A program made the position numbers and the translations under genes. Of a stretch of DNA of 64,000 nt, positions 1 to 9,759 are shown in pieces. A model generated the notes under the pieces. The model was not told where the DNA came from, did not search any database, and saw only the letters and a list, made by a program, of their open reading frames with translations. The stretch comes from a virus. Numbering within the stretch: position 1 is the stretch's first letter; the number at the start of each line of letters is the position of its first letter. Location of the stretch: IMG/VR virus record IMGVR_UViG_3300037200_000120, positions 34,893 to 98,892 of that record. The stretch is one strand, 5' to 3'.

Positions 1-14
1 AAGAATGAACCTGA

Positions 15-500
15 TCATTTGAAATACACCGCAGTCCAAGTCCCCGTCGAGGCGACTTGGTTTATGAGGGAGAAGCTGGAAAGGACGGTCGCCCCTTGCT
101 CGAAAAGACAACTCCCCGACAGCAGCGGCGTGCCGACAGTCGGTGCAACTCCTGTCGTCGGCGTGCCGTTCGTGGAGTCGACGAAATTGAACGCGCCCCC
201 GATTGCGCAGACGCGGACGTAGAGAGCTCCGGATGGGATGGTCAGTGTGGTCGCTGACGTGGCTGTCTGGTTGTATTGACCGCCGGCCATTGCCGTGAAC
301 GGATACGGGACGGCGTAGGCATAGGTCGGCGTGCCTGAACTTCCCGCCGGCCCCGTGCAAGGCCCCCCGCCCGTAGGGCAACCTCCCAAAGGCACGACGC
401 TAGGCACGATCGTTCCCCCGCTGTCCTTATACGTCTGCCCCATCGCCGGCAGCATCAACCACGCGAGCGCGAGCGCCGCGAGAAGCGGTTTGCGAAGCAT
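15..500 (-). CDS. Hypothetical exported/virion-associated protein with signal peptide
   Basis: Likely start MLRKPLLAALALAWLMLPAMGQ (basic N-region, hydrophobic core); G/T/S-rich mature part. Confidence 0.55.
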   Translation of the reverse strand: MLRKPLLAALALAWLMLPAMGQTYKDSGGTIVPSVVPLGGCPTGGGPCTGPAGSSGTPTYAYAVPYPFTAMAGGQYNQTATSATTLTIPSGALYVRVCAIGGAFNFVDSTNGTPTTGVAPTVGTPLLSGSCLFEQGATVLSSFSLINQVASTGTWTAVYFK

Positions 501-529
501 TGTCAGAGCCTTTCGGGGGAGATTGTTTC

Positions 530-1579
530 CTAGGATACCGGATAAATGCATTCGAATATCACCTGAGCCCCTGTCAGCGTTACGTTAGTTACCTGGCCCG
601 CGTTAGTGAAAAACTTCGCCGTCGTGGAGGCCTGTACGGGTAGAAGGTACAGTGCCCCAGCCAACGAGGCATAGGATATCTGACACTGCTGTGCATAGGG
701 CGCATTCGCAACCGTCAAGGGAAAACCGCCAATGATCGCGTTCGACGCGCTGGCCGTCGACGGGTAGGTTAACTGCGCGTAGGCGAACACCATGTTGCCG
801 AGACGGGTGTAGCCCGCCGAGACGCCCGTGAAAGTCAGGCTGGCTCCGCTGGCATCGGTCGGCGTCCACGATCCCGGGCTTACCGTTTGATTTGAGATCG
901 CCCCGACTGTCGTCGAGAGCGACCCCGCCGTGTTCGTAACGTCGCCTGTCAATGCCGGGAATTGTGCCGCCTGAAGCGTTCCGGTCAGCGACGACGCTGC
1001 CGGAGTGATCGTCGCCGAACTGACGGCCGTAAGCTGACCAGCCGCGTTGTAGGTGATGATTGGGGCGACCGTCGCGGACCCTGTCGGGCCGCCTGCCGAA
1101 ATGACGCCGCCGAGCGGGACGGTGGACGACGACGTCCCCGTGGGAATCTGAGCAATCGGCACCGTGCCGGAGTTGACCTCGGAGCCCGCGATCGACTTAT
1201 TGGTCAGCGTCTGCGCGTCCGTCGTCCCGACGATCGCGCCTGCGGGAAGGCCTTTGCCGCCGTCCTGGATTGTTTGACCTGTTGTCCCGCTGAACGTCGC
1301 CACGTCGCCGTTCGTCGATGATACGGGGCCAGCAATACATGGTCCACTGCCCGGTCCGAGCACTCCAGAGGCGAACGCGGCGCAAGCCGTGCCGGCCCCG
1401 GTGACGGCCAGATCTCCGGTCCCGAATGTTTGCAGCGCGAGCCAGTTGTAGGCGATCCCGATAATCGCAGGGAGCAGCGGGATCGCGGGCGAATCCTGTT
1501 GCGCCGACGCAGCCGACGCGAAGATGAACAGCCACGCCGCGAGCAGCGCGCGGGCGAGTATGCTCGCCGATCTCATCAT
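530..1579 (-). CDS. Tail fibre-like protein with signal peptide
   Basis: Start MMRSASILARALLAAWLFIFASAASAQQ overlaps the upstream stop (ATGA); TDAQTLTNK fibre-type motif; C-terminal GSWTPT...YTRLGNMVF domain typical of tail fibres. Confidence 0.65.
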   Translation of the reverse strand: MMRSASILARALLAAWLFIFASAASAQQDSPAIPLLPAIIGIAYNWLALQTFGTGDLAVTGAGTACAAFASGVLGPGSGPCIAGPVSSTNGDVATFSGTTGQTIQDGGKGLPAGAIVGTTDAQTLTNKSIAGSEVNSGTVPIAQIPTGTSSSTVPLGGVISAGGPTGSATVAPIITYNAAGQLTAVSSATITPAASSLTGTLQAAQFPALTGDVTNTAGSLSTTVGAISNQTVSPGSWTPTDASGASLTFTGVSAGYTRLGNMVFAYAQLTYPSTASASNAIIGGFPLTVANAPYAQQCQISYASLAGALYLLPVQASTTAKFFTNAGQVTNVTLTGAQVIFECIYPVS

Positions 1580-4524
1580 GGCAACATCCCTTGCGTGCCG
1601 GAAACCGAGGCTGTCGGGGGAGTGACGTTGCCGGCGTTGACCGGGAACAGCCTCCTTGCGAAGATTCCGCAATCGGTCTCTATTTCGATTGTGAACATTT
1701 GCCCTGGATTGTTGTTTGTGGCATGAAATATCCATAGGCCGCTGAGCACGCGGCCGACCGGCAGATACGAAGACCCCCCGCCGCCAACCGTTATGCCGTC
1801 GGAGCCAGTCTTTCCTGCGAAAGACCCCTGCGTTATGACACGCTGGCCGCCCGTGCCTATCTGTAGGGTAACGATCGTCCCGCCGCTGTCGGCGGCATAG
1901 TTCGAGGCTGAGTTGTAGGTAGGGAAGGTAAGCTGAATTGTCGCCGAACTGTTGCTCCCCAACTGGGTCGGCGTCACCGTGATTTTTGTAATGCTTCCGT
2001 ACAGCTCTGCGGTGAATTCATTGACGGCCGCATAATTCCCGGCAAACTCATAAATCCGGTATTCCCAGAACTTCTTGCCCTTCTTGTAGGCGTACGATGC
2101 GCTGCGGACTCGGTCGCTTTCGGTGCAGTCGATGAAATCGTAACCCGCGTCCGCGAACGTCGCCATATTCGCTTTCAGCGGGAACGAAAAACCAGTCGTC
2201 CCGCCGATATTCCCGCTCGAGGCGGACATGACATCGCCTGTGAGATAGCCGCCGGAGCCAAAGTTTGTAATGCTGACGCCGGCCACGCCGCCGCCGGCGC
2301 CCACCGTAATGGTGGCAATCATCCCGGACCCGGAGCCGCCTGTCAGCGCGACGCTGGTATAGGAGCCCGGCGTGCCGCCCGACCCTCCCGTCAAGGTTCC
2401 AGGCAGCAGCGTCCATTGCGGAACCGTCACGTAGCCCGACAGCGACGTGGTGACATAGAGATAGGTCGAATCTTCGGTCACGCTGAGAATGACGCCGGTC
2501 CCCGCATCGCCGACGAAGACGCCGCTCGGACCAAACAGGGTGAGCGTCTGCCCGGGAACCGCGCCGAACAGACCCGCCCCGGTGCCTGCGGATTTCAGGA
2601 CGCTGAATATCCCGTTGGCGAAACTGAGGTTCGTACCGTCGATCGATCTCGTGACGATCGCGTCGAGCAGCGTCACTGAAAATTGCGTATTGAAGATGCG
2701 ACAGGCGTTGAAAATCGCCTCGCTGCGAAAGCCGGCGCCACCCGTTGCGGTGAGCTGGCCGATGTCGCAATTGCGTGCGTAGAAGGTCTTGCACGCCCCG
2801 AGTTGCAGCGTGCCGCTGACCTTGTAGTCGGCCAGGCTGACCCGATCCTGCGAAGCGCTCGCAAAGACCAGCGACGTTCCGCTCAGGTATTCTCCGCCAC
2901 GATACTCGACGGAGCCGAGCAGCTTGTCGGTTTCGGCCACCTGTAAATTTTTGGGGTCCTCGTGAATGACATGGTCTGACATCGTCTCCGAGAAACCGAC
3001 GCCCTTGAAATTGACGGTTTTGATCCGCCGCAAGGCCATGTAAAACCAATATTGGACGGCGTAAAGCGGACAGCCGACAAAGAGGTCGTAGTATTCGTGA
3101 TCGCAATCCCACTCGACGGTCGTAAAAGTGACCGAGGTTGGGGTCGGCGCCTGAACATTGCCTAGATTGAGAGTGTAGGTGTACGGCCCCGTCGTCGTTG
3201 CCCACACGCGGCCCTTCCCGCAGGGAGTGAATCCGGCTCCAGCCGCGGCCCAATCCGGGAAGTCGGGGCGATGCTGATAGCGGATCGTCTGGTCGGTGGT
3301 CGCGATGGCCGTTGCCGCGAGCGTGCCGCCGGAAAGGGTCAGCGAGCCTAGGCCTGGGGTCGCCGCCAGATTGATGACCGTTCCCGCCGATGCGATCGAG
3401 GAGATTGCCCAGCTTCCATTGACGCTCCCGCCGGTTATCCCGCTGACGGTGACGAAAATCCCGTTCAGCGAAACGCCGACGCCAGCGCCGAACGGAGCGG
3501 AGGCGAAGGTCAGCGATAGGACGCCGGTCGACGACGTGTAGGTTGCCGTCGCCGCGAGCGTGCCGGCGTACGAGTTGACTGCAGTGACGAGCACATATTC
3601 GTGCTGCTGAACATTGATCGGAAAACCGCCATATTGGATGTCGAGCGAGCCCAGCATGTACCAACTGCCAGCCGTGACATTGGTGTAGTCAGAGGCGGTT
3701 ACGAACGAAAATCCCTTCGCCCCGACCGTTGTTTGTTGGATGAACCAGTTTTGACCGACGGATGCTGCGTTGAATAGCGGAAGAGACAGCGCCCCAAACG
3801 GGTTCTGATAGTACGCATTGCCGCCGCTTATGCCTGCATTATAAATGTTCTGCCAGAGCGTGCCGTTACTATACCAGCGCAGATACGAAATATTGAATAG
3901 GAATCCCTGGCACTTGGAATGGTCGAAACAATAGGCGTTCCCCGTCGTCGGCTGCGCCTCGACGATAACCTGAATGCCGAGCGAGCTCTGATAGCGCGCC
4001 CATGTCGCCCAATTGTTCAGCGCCGTCGAATTGTCGGTGCCTGGATTGACGATGGTCGGGATGCCGAATGGAATGGCCTGCGTGACGACGCCGTCGCCGA
4101 GCGCGCCGAACCAGTTGATGAATTCCGGGCCGAAATATTGCCGGACCCAACAACCCGAAGCCCCGCTCGTATCTGCGGAAGGCGCAATATTTATGCCCTG
4201 GCCGGGATCATTGGCGACCGCCGTGGACATATTTGAGTATGTCCAGGCGAAGTACCCAGCCCGACCGCTCGGAGATCCAAGATAACATGTCGCCCCCGCC
4301 GCCGGCGCGGCATTGCCGACGATCGGAAGCGCCTGCATCTGAGCGATGCTGGCGACCGTGAACGAATATTGCGGGGTTGCGGCGGAGGCTAATTTGGTTG
4401 CGCCCAGTCCCGCTACGCCGAAGCCGAGCAGCCCCAGCAGCGAGCGGCGATCCTTCGCGGAGTCGAGCGGAGCTCGCGGTTCGGGATCGGGACGTGGCGC
4501 TTTCTTCCTCCATACAAAGCTCAT
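1576..4524 (-). CDS. Tailspike/depolymerase-like protein with twin-arginine (Tat-like) leader
   Basis: 982 aa; DRRSLLGLLGFG leader; INWFGALGDG...TDNSTALN motif typical of the start of beta-helix tailspikes. Confidence 0.7.
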   Translation of the reverse strand: MSFVWRKKAPRPDPEPRAPLDSAKDRRSLLGLLGFGVAGLGATKLASAATPQYSFTVASIAQMQALPIVGNAAPAAGATCYLGSPSGRAGYFAWTYSNMSTAVANDPGQGINIAPSADTSGASGCWVRQYFGPEFINWFGALGDGVVTQAIPFGIPTIVNPGTDNSTALNNWATWARYQSSLGIQVIVEAQPTTGNAYCFDHSKCQGFLFNISYLRWYSNGTLWQNIYNAGISGGNAYYQNPFGALSLPLFNAASVGQNWFIQQTTVGAKGFSFVTASDYTNVTAGSWYMLGSLDIQYGGFPINVQQHEYVLVTAVNSYAGTLAATATYTSSTGVLSLTFASAPFGAGVGVSLNGIFVTVSGITGGSVNGSWAISSIASAGTVINLAATPGLGSLTLSGGTLAATAIATTDQTIRYQHRPDFPDWAAAGAGFTPCGKGRVWATTTGPYTYTLNLGNVQAPTPTSVTFTTVEWDCDHEYYDLFVGCPLYAVQYWFYMALRRIKTVNFKGVGFSETMSDHVIHEDPKNLQVAETDKLLGSVEYRGGEYLSGTSLVFASASQDRVSLADYKVSGTLQLGACKTFYARNCDIGQLTATGGAGFRSEAIFNACRIFNTQFSVTLLDAIVTRSIDGTNLSFANGIFSVLKSAGTGAGLFGAVPGQTLTLFGPSGVFVGDAGTGVILSVTEDSTYLYVTTSLSGYVTVPQWTLLPGTLTGGSGGTPGSYTSVALTGGSGSGMIATITVGAGGGVAGVSITNFGSGGYLTGDVMSASSGNIGGTTGFSFPLKANMATFADAGYDFIDCTESDRVRSASYAYKKGKKFWEYRIYEFAGNYAAVNEFTAELYGSITKITVTPTQLGSNSSATIQLTFPTYNSASNYAADSGGTIVTLQIGTGGQRVITQGSFAGKTGSDGITVGGGGSSYLPVGRVLSGLWIFHATNNNPGQMFTIEIETDCGIFARRLFPVNAGNVTPPTASVSGTQGMLP

Positions 4525-4546
4525 TGGCGCGCCTCAGTTATGGTGG

Positions 4547-4942
4547 TCATGGCGCACATGCCACGAGGTAAACTAAGCCGAACCCGGTTACGTAGGCTGG
4601 GATAAAAAGCCCAGTCGTCAAGTTGGAGCAGGGGGAATTGCCAAAAGTCTGCGTCCCAAGCCCAGTCGTCGATGAGGGCATTACGAGCGATCCGGATATC
4701 GTCACGACTCCCGTGAACGTCGGGGAATCCAAGGGAGCGCCCCATGTCGAAAATACGCTGACGTCAGTGTTCCAAAGAGCTTGTTGATCTGCTCCTGTGA
4801 TCAACCCGAGATGGTTGGTCCAGGGCAATGCGTTGACTTGCGACTGCAGCGTACTCGGCGGCGTCGATGTCGCTAGCGCCGGCGCCGACAGGCTTACCGA
4901 GCACAGCGCCGCAATCGCGCCGATCGCGCGTTTCAGGATCAT
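4547..4942 (-). CDS. Small tail-associated protein with signal peptide
   Basis: MILKRAIGAIAALCSVSLSAPALA leader; APLDSPTFTG fibre-repeat motif. Confidence 0.55.
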   Translation of the reverse strand: MILKRAIGAIAALCSVSLSAPALATSTPPSTLQSQVNALPWTNHLGLITGADQQALWNTDVSVFSTWGAPLDSPTFTGVVTISGSLVMPSSTTGLGTQTFGNSPCSNLTTGLFIPAYVTGFGLVYLVACAP

Positions 4943-4971
4943 TCCGAAAATCCTTTGCTCAACCGACGTGG

Positions 4972-5511
4972 TTACGGCGTTTTCTTCTTCGTCACCGGAT
5001 CGAGCGCGGCCAGCACGCTCGGCGCGAGCGTGGCGACCTTCAGTTCTTCCCGGGTAAGTAGCGTGATGACGATCTTGAAAGGCTTTTTCATGAGATCGTC
5101 AGAATAGTCGCCGACAGCGAGATCCCACTTTTTCTGCTGGTTTTTCATTTCTGGCGTAGGATCAACTCCCGACGATGGAGTCGGCCGATCCCCGATGTTT
5201 CGCATGAACGCCTTCGCCTTGGCCTGTTCGTCGTCGATAATGACCTTGAACGCGATTTCATCGTCGGCAATAGCCTCTCGCGTCGGTTCGGCAAAATCGT
5301 AGGGCTGCGGAACGGCTCTCGATTTGCCCCCTTCCTCGATGATTTTCTGATAGCCGTCGAGGGCCGCGAGGCCTTGATAGGCGGACACAATTTGGGCGTA
5401 GGTCAGTTCCGTCGACTTGTCGGGGACCATGGGCGAGGGAGTCGCGGCCTGCGCGAACGCAAGCGCGGGGAGAGCGCAGCACAATGCAGCGGCGATGACG
5501 ATCTTCTTCAT
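4972..5511 (-). CDS. Hypothetical protein with signal peptide (possible fibre accessory/chaperone)
   Basis: Start MKKIVIAAALCCALPALAFAQA at 5511; charged helical mature region. Confidence 0.55.
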   Translation of the reverse strand: MKKIVIAAALCCALPALAFAQAATPSPMVPDKSTELTYAQIVSAYQGLAALDGYQKIIEEGGKSRAVPQPYDFAEPTREAIADDEIAFKVIIDDEQAKAKAFMRNIGDRPTPSSGVDPTPEMKNQQKKWDLAVGDYSDDLMKKPFKIVITLLTREELKVATLAPSVLAALDPVTKKKTP

Positions 5512-5555
5512 TTCTTCAAGATATCCCTTCTTCTTCGCGAAATCGCTAGCAACTA

Positions 5556-7898
5556 TCAGTAAAACGGCACATACCGGAGAAACCCATTCACCCTGATCTG
5601 CATACACGCCGTCGCAGAGCCACCGCCGCAACCGGACGCATTGCCCGTAGATGTTCCGCCGATGCTGATTTGATTGGTCGTGTCGGTCGGCGCGGGATTT
5701 CCGCCAAACACCGCTCCTCCGTAAAGATTGGATACGCCCGCGACGCTGAGCGCGAACGCGCCGCTCGCCGATATTGTCAGGTCCCCGCTGTTGTCGGTCG
5801 TAAATCCGGGCATGCAGAGCACGCATCCGGTGAAGTTGACCGCCGTAGCGACGATGCCGTTGACGAAATTTCCGCCTGAACTCGTGCCAAAGGTGATGCC
5901 GTTGTCTACCGTTACCTGATTGTTTATTCCGAGCGCCAGCAGCCTCGAGATATGAACGCCCGGGTCTGGCGATCCATTCGTCCCGCCGTTGATCGCGACG
6001 CCGATGCGCTGTCCGTTCGAGTCGGTCCCGGAACCCGCGTTGGAGTAAACGTCAATTTCTGCGGCTTGAATAGGCGAAGTCGGGTTTACGACATTTGTTT
6101 GATCTATGGCTTGTACGTAAAGGCCCATAGCCCAAGCCATCGACGTCCCTGGGGCTTGCCCGTTCAGGATTTTGATTGCGCTTGCCGACACGCCAATCCC
6201 GAGCAATCCCGTCGAGGCCAAAGTCCCGACATATGTGATGGAACTGACGCCGTATTCGCTGCCCGTCTCGTGGAGACCCGTGCTAGTCTGGAAATAGGCA
6301 ACGTCGTAGACGGTGCTGCCTCCCGACGCCGGAGCTATCCTGAGCACCTGGAGAGGGGTGTAGCTGGCGGCATAGTTCGTAGGGGCCGAATATATTTCCC
6401 AACCGCAAGTGACGAGCGTGGAGCAACCGCTCATATCCAGGCCAGGGCTGCCGGCGCCAGCAACGTTGTTGGACAGACCCGGAAGTCCGGGCGTCGCGAA
6501 AGAATATGGTGCAGTTACTAGTCCGTTGGCGTTTGCGGTCAGGACCGTCGCACCGTTGGCGAACGACAGGGAGAAGCTGTTCGAGTTCGATCCCAAACTG
6601 ACGAAATTGTACACGAGTTGTACGAGATTGTTGCTGCCTGTTCCCGTGATGCCTAGCCCGAGATATACTGGATGCCCGCCCCCGAGCGTCGGGTCCAGAA
6701 AACTTGCGATCAGCTCCCCGCCGGCCGCCCCGGCGCTGATTGTCTGTGGAGCGGAGAATATATTGTTGATATTGTCTTCAGTGATCGTTCCCGAATTCGC
6801 CGGAAGGATGGCGAGCGACGTCCCGAGCGCACCCGTCGCCGGTTGAAGCGCGACATATCCGCTGGTCAGATTTTCGAAAACCAAGTTGCCGGTCTCCGAC
6901 CCGGCGATGCCAAGCGTCACTTCGCCGCCGGGAACAACGACGCTCGTCGCCGTCGATAGCGTTACTGGCCCGACTTGGGCCGAGATCGTGAGGCCCCCGG
7001 TCAAGCCGGTATCGGATTGAACGTATCCGGTCGGCGTTGCGCCGCCATTGGCGTAAAGATAGGAGTTGCAAAAGCTGCACCCGCTCAGGGCCGCAGTGAA
7101 TATCGCCCGCGTGGAGCCATTCGAACTGGTTCCGGAATTCTGGGCCTGGAAATTATTTTCAAACCCCGTATTGGCGGAGGTCCAAATAGTGTTCTCATTC
7201 CCCCCTGTCGCGAATGCCCCGCCGACGCCGGCGGGAATGGTCGTCGTGAGCCCGGGGACGCCGCCGGCGGAGGTCGCCAGGATGCTATTCGCCGTGGTCG
7301 TCAGCGGCGAAATCGTATTGCCGCCCACCGCATAGAAGCCTAGATTGTTGGCGAGACCGGTCGCGACCGTCCCACTGCCGCCACCGCCTCCGCCGCAAGC
7401 CCCGCCGGAATCGATCAGGCCGCCGCTGCCGTCGATCTGCGGGCAATGGCCGGATACGAGCGCTCCATCGGCCGTGAGGAAGGCATGTGTGTTGCCGGAG
7501 ATCGTCCCCGCCGTGACCGCGCCTGAGCCGTTGCCGAGCAGGGGACCGCTGAGGCCGGAAAATACCGCGCCCGTGATCGTCGGACTCTGGATCGTCAGCC
7601 CGATCGGAAGCGTGGGCGAGCAAAAAGTCGGGCCGGCGCCGGCGCCCTGAACGAGGCCGGTGCAGGGGAAGATCGGCATTTGAAGGAAGACGTTGACGTC
7701 AGCCTGCGTCGCCGAACTGGCGATCATATTGCTGGTCAGGGCATTGAGCGACTGAGGGGTGATGGCTCCCGAAACGTTGGGAAAGATCGTACTGTTGTTC
7801 TGAATGAGGAGTTGCGAACGCGTTTCCGAGGTCTGCGCCGAAGCGCCCCCGAGAAGTCCCAGCAGACAGCAAGCCGCGAGAAGCCCGCGACGGAACAT
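5556..7898 (-). CDS. Tail fibre-like protein with signal peptide
   Basis: 780 aa G/S/T-rich; MFRRGLLAACCLLGLLGGASAQ leader; C-terminal IRVNGFLRYVPFY fibre-tip-like ending. Confidence 0.65.
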   Translation of the reverse strand: MFRRGLLAACCLLGLLGGASAQTSETRSQLLIQNNSTIFPNVSGAITPQSLNALTSNMIASSATQADVNVFLQMPIFPCTGLVQGAGAGPTFCSPTLPIGLTIQSPTITGAVFSGLSGPLLGNGSGAVTAGTISGNTHAFLTADGALVSGHCPQIDGSGGLIDSGGACGGGGGGSGTVATGLANNLGFYAVGGNTISPLTTTANSILATSAGGVPGLTTTIPAGVGGAFATGGNENTIWTSANTGFENNFQAQNSGTSSNGSTRAIFTAALSGCSFCNSYLYANGGATPTGYVQSDTGLTGGLTISAQVGPVTLSTATSVVVPGGEVTLGIAGSETGNLVFENLTSGYVALQPATGALGTSLAILPANSGTITEDNINNIFSAPQTISAGAAGGELIASFLDPTLGGGHPVYLGLGITGTGSNNLVQLVYNFVSLGSNSNSFSLSFANGATVLTANANGLVTAPYSFATPGLPGLSNNVAGAGSPGLDMSGCSTLVTCGWEIYSAPTNYAASYTPLQVLRIAPASGGSTVYDVAYFQTSTGLHETGSEYGVSSITYVGTLASTGLLGIGVSASAIKILNGQAPGTSMAWAMGLYVQAIDQTNVVNPTSPIQAAEIDVYSNAGSGTDSNGQRIGVAINGGTNGSPDPGVHISRLLALGINNQVTVDNGITFGTSSGGNFVNGIVATAVNFTGCVLCMPGFTTDNSGDLTISASGAFALSVAGVSNLYGGAVFGGNPAPTDTTNQISIGGTSTGNASGCGGGSATACMQIRVNGFLRYVPFY

Positions 7899-8320
7899 CA
7901 GCGAACCGCCTTGTGGAATGGGAATCCAACCACGATCTCGGAACGGTCCCTGTCGTTGATGACGCCGACGGGATCGCCGATGATTTTCGAAAGCGCATCC
8001 GCAATGGCGTGGGAAGCGGGGGTATCCGGGCTCAGCCAGATCCCCTCGTGGCCATCGAGCGCGGCTTCCTCGACGGCGGAACCTCCCTTTTCTCGGATCG
8101 CATCGGCCAAGAGATATGGGAAGGCTCCGGAGCCAGGCCCCGCGAGAACGCGATATCCCGTCTTTTCGAACGGAATTGCGCTCAACGCAACCGGATCGGC
8201 GTGATAAACGGCCGAGACCTGATCGACCGACGGCTTGCCCGACAGACCAAACATGACGCCCGCCAAGGCAATCGCAGCCAGCCCATGCAGCCCGTAATGA
8301 ACCGGATCATGGTTATCCAT
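7898..8320 (-). CDS. Hypothetical membrane-anchored protein
   Basis: N-terminal hydrophobic segment; abuts flanking genes. Confidence 0.5.
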   Translation of the reverse strand: MDNHDPVHYGLHGLAAIALAGVMFGLSGKPSVDQVSAVYHADPVALSAIPFEKTGYRVLAGPGSGAFPYLLADAIREKGGSAVEEAALDGHEGIWLSPDTPASHAIADALSKIIGDPVGVINDRDRSEIVVGFPFHKAVR

Positions 8321-8325
8321 TTATT

Positions 8326-9759
8326 TCATCCCCTCACTGCGACGCTCAACGAAGTCCGGCTCCCCTGCGACCCGCCGCCGGACCATACCGGCGCTCCCGC
8401 GCTGGTAAGTCCTAGCAATGTGGCGTAGTGAAAACCCTCAGCCAGACCGCCGAACGCCCGAGAAACTACGGTCGCCATGAACTGGTTTGCGCCTGTCACC
8501 GTGCCCTGCGTATAAGCGTCCTGCGGGGTCGACGTACTGTCGATGCTTATCGCCGTCGCGACCGACATGGCCGTATTTGATTCGACGCTTCCGTTGATCT
8601 CTATTTGCGCCGAATCGCCGCTCCAAACAAGGAATTGGCACCTTATCTCGCTATTCACTTCTGCATACGAACCCGACGTTGTCGAGCGTCCGGCCGTGAA
8701 AATGTTGATGGCCGCGAGACCGCTTTTGTTGAACCACGACAAAACAAGCTGATTGGCCCCGGAATAGCCCAGGACAGGCCCGGAAGTCGGATACACCATG
8801 CCAACAAGCGAATAGGCGTTGTCGCCGGTCATGATTTCTACGCCGACGTTTCCAGCCGTGGTATCGGTCGCGTGCGCCGTGGTCGAAAAATTCAGCGTCA
8901 GGACGCCGGCGAGCATAAAGGCATAGACGTAATACAGCGTGCTCGCGGTCAAAGCCGTGGCCGCAACCCCATTGACGTACGTGCTGGTTATCGTGGCTGC
9001 GACGCCGCCGGATGGAACGGGATAATCGACCCCTGCGATGGTGAGATAAGCCCCGCCTTTCGGGACGAGAGCTACTGCGGTGGTGCTCGTGGCCGCAAAA
9101 TGGACTTGGCCGAAATTCAGCCCCAACAGCCCCGCCGCAGCGCCGGTAGTCGAAGCCTGGAGGGCCGGCCCGATAGCCGGGCTAATTCCCAACGGGGAAG
9201 TCAACTGGAAACCGCCCGCATCGCTGTTCAGCGCCGAAAGCCATATGCTGAAATATGTCGTTCCGACCGTGACTTCGCTGCCGGTCAGAACTTGCGGGCC
9301 ATCTGGCCCAGGCTGATAGACCTGAAAGCCGCTGAGCGTCATCGCGCCCGTATTTGTATAGCCCGCCGTCCATTCGAAAATTTGGCCGTTGGAAAACGTC
9401 GAGTAGCCGTTGAGGATTTGCGCGTCTGCGGACCCTGCCGTGGTTCCGGCATTGGTGATACCCGAGATCGCGGCGTCCGCGAAGGGATAGACCGGATCGT
9501 AAGTCCAGATCAGATCGCCGGCCGAATCCTCGAGGACGACTTTATAGACGATCGTAGGGTCGAGGAAGACATTCCCGATATTGCCTGCCGAATCCAGCGG
9601 TAGCGGATTCAGATTGTCGATGGATAGGCCGGAATCCTGATAGGTCGGCGTCGGAGTGCTGGTCCCGGTCAGATAAAAACCGAGCGTACCCCCGAAATAG
9701 GGCAGTCCCGTCGCTTGAATCGGCTGCTGAGAGGGGAGGACAAAACGGCTACCGGACAT
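8326..9759 (-). CDS. Tail fibre/tailspike with virion-attachment (head-binding-type) N-terminal domain
   Basis: GGTLGFYLTGTSTPTPTYQD...NPLPLDSAG...YKVVLEDSAG...IWTYDPV resembles podophage tailspike N-terminal domains; no signal peptide. Confidence 0.7.
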   Translation of the reverse strand: MSGSRFVLPSQQPIQATGLPYFGGTLGFYLTGTSTPTPTYQDSGLSIDNLNPLPLDSAGNIGNVFLDPTIVYKVVLEDSAGDLIWTYDPVYPFADAAISGITNAGTTAGSADAQILNGYSTFSNGQIFEWTAGYTNTGAMTLSGFQVYQPGPDGPQVLTGSEVTVGTTYFSIWLSALNSDAGGFQLTSPLGISPAIGPALQASTTGAAAGLLGLNFGQVHFAATSTTAVALVPKGGAYLTIAGVDYPVPSGGVAATITSTYVNGVAATALTASTLYYVYAFMLAGVLTLNFSTTAHATDTTAGNVGVEIMTGDNAYSLVGMVYPTSGPVLGYSGANQLVLSWFNKSGLAAINIFTAGRSTTSGSYAEVNSEIRCQFLVWSGDSAQIEINGSVESNTAMSVATAISIDSTSTPQDAYTQGTVTGANQFMATVVSRAFGGLAEGFHYATLLGLTSAGAPVWSGGGSQGSRTSLSVAVRG

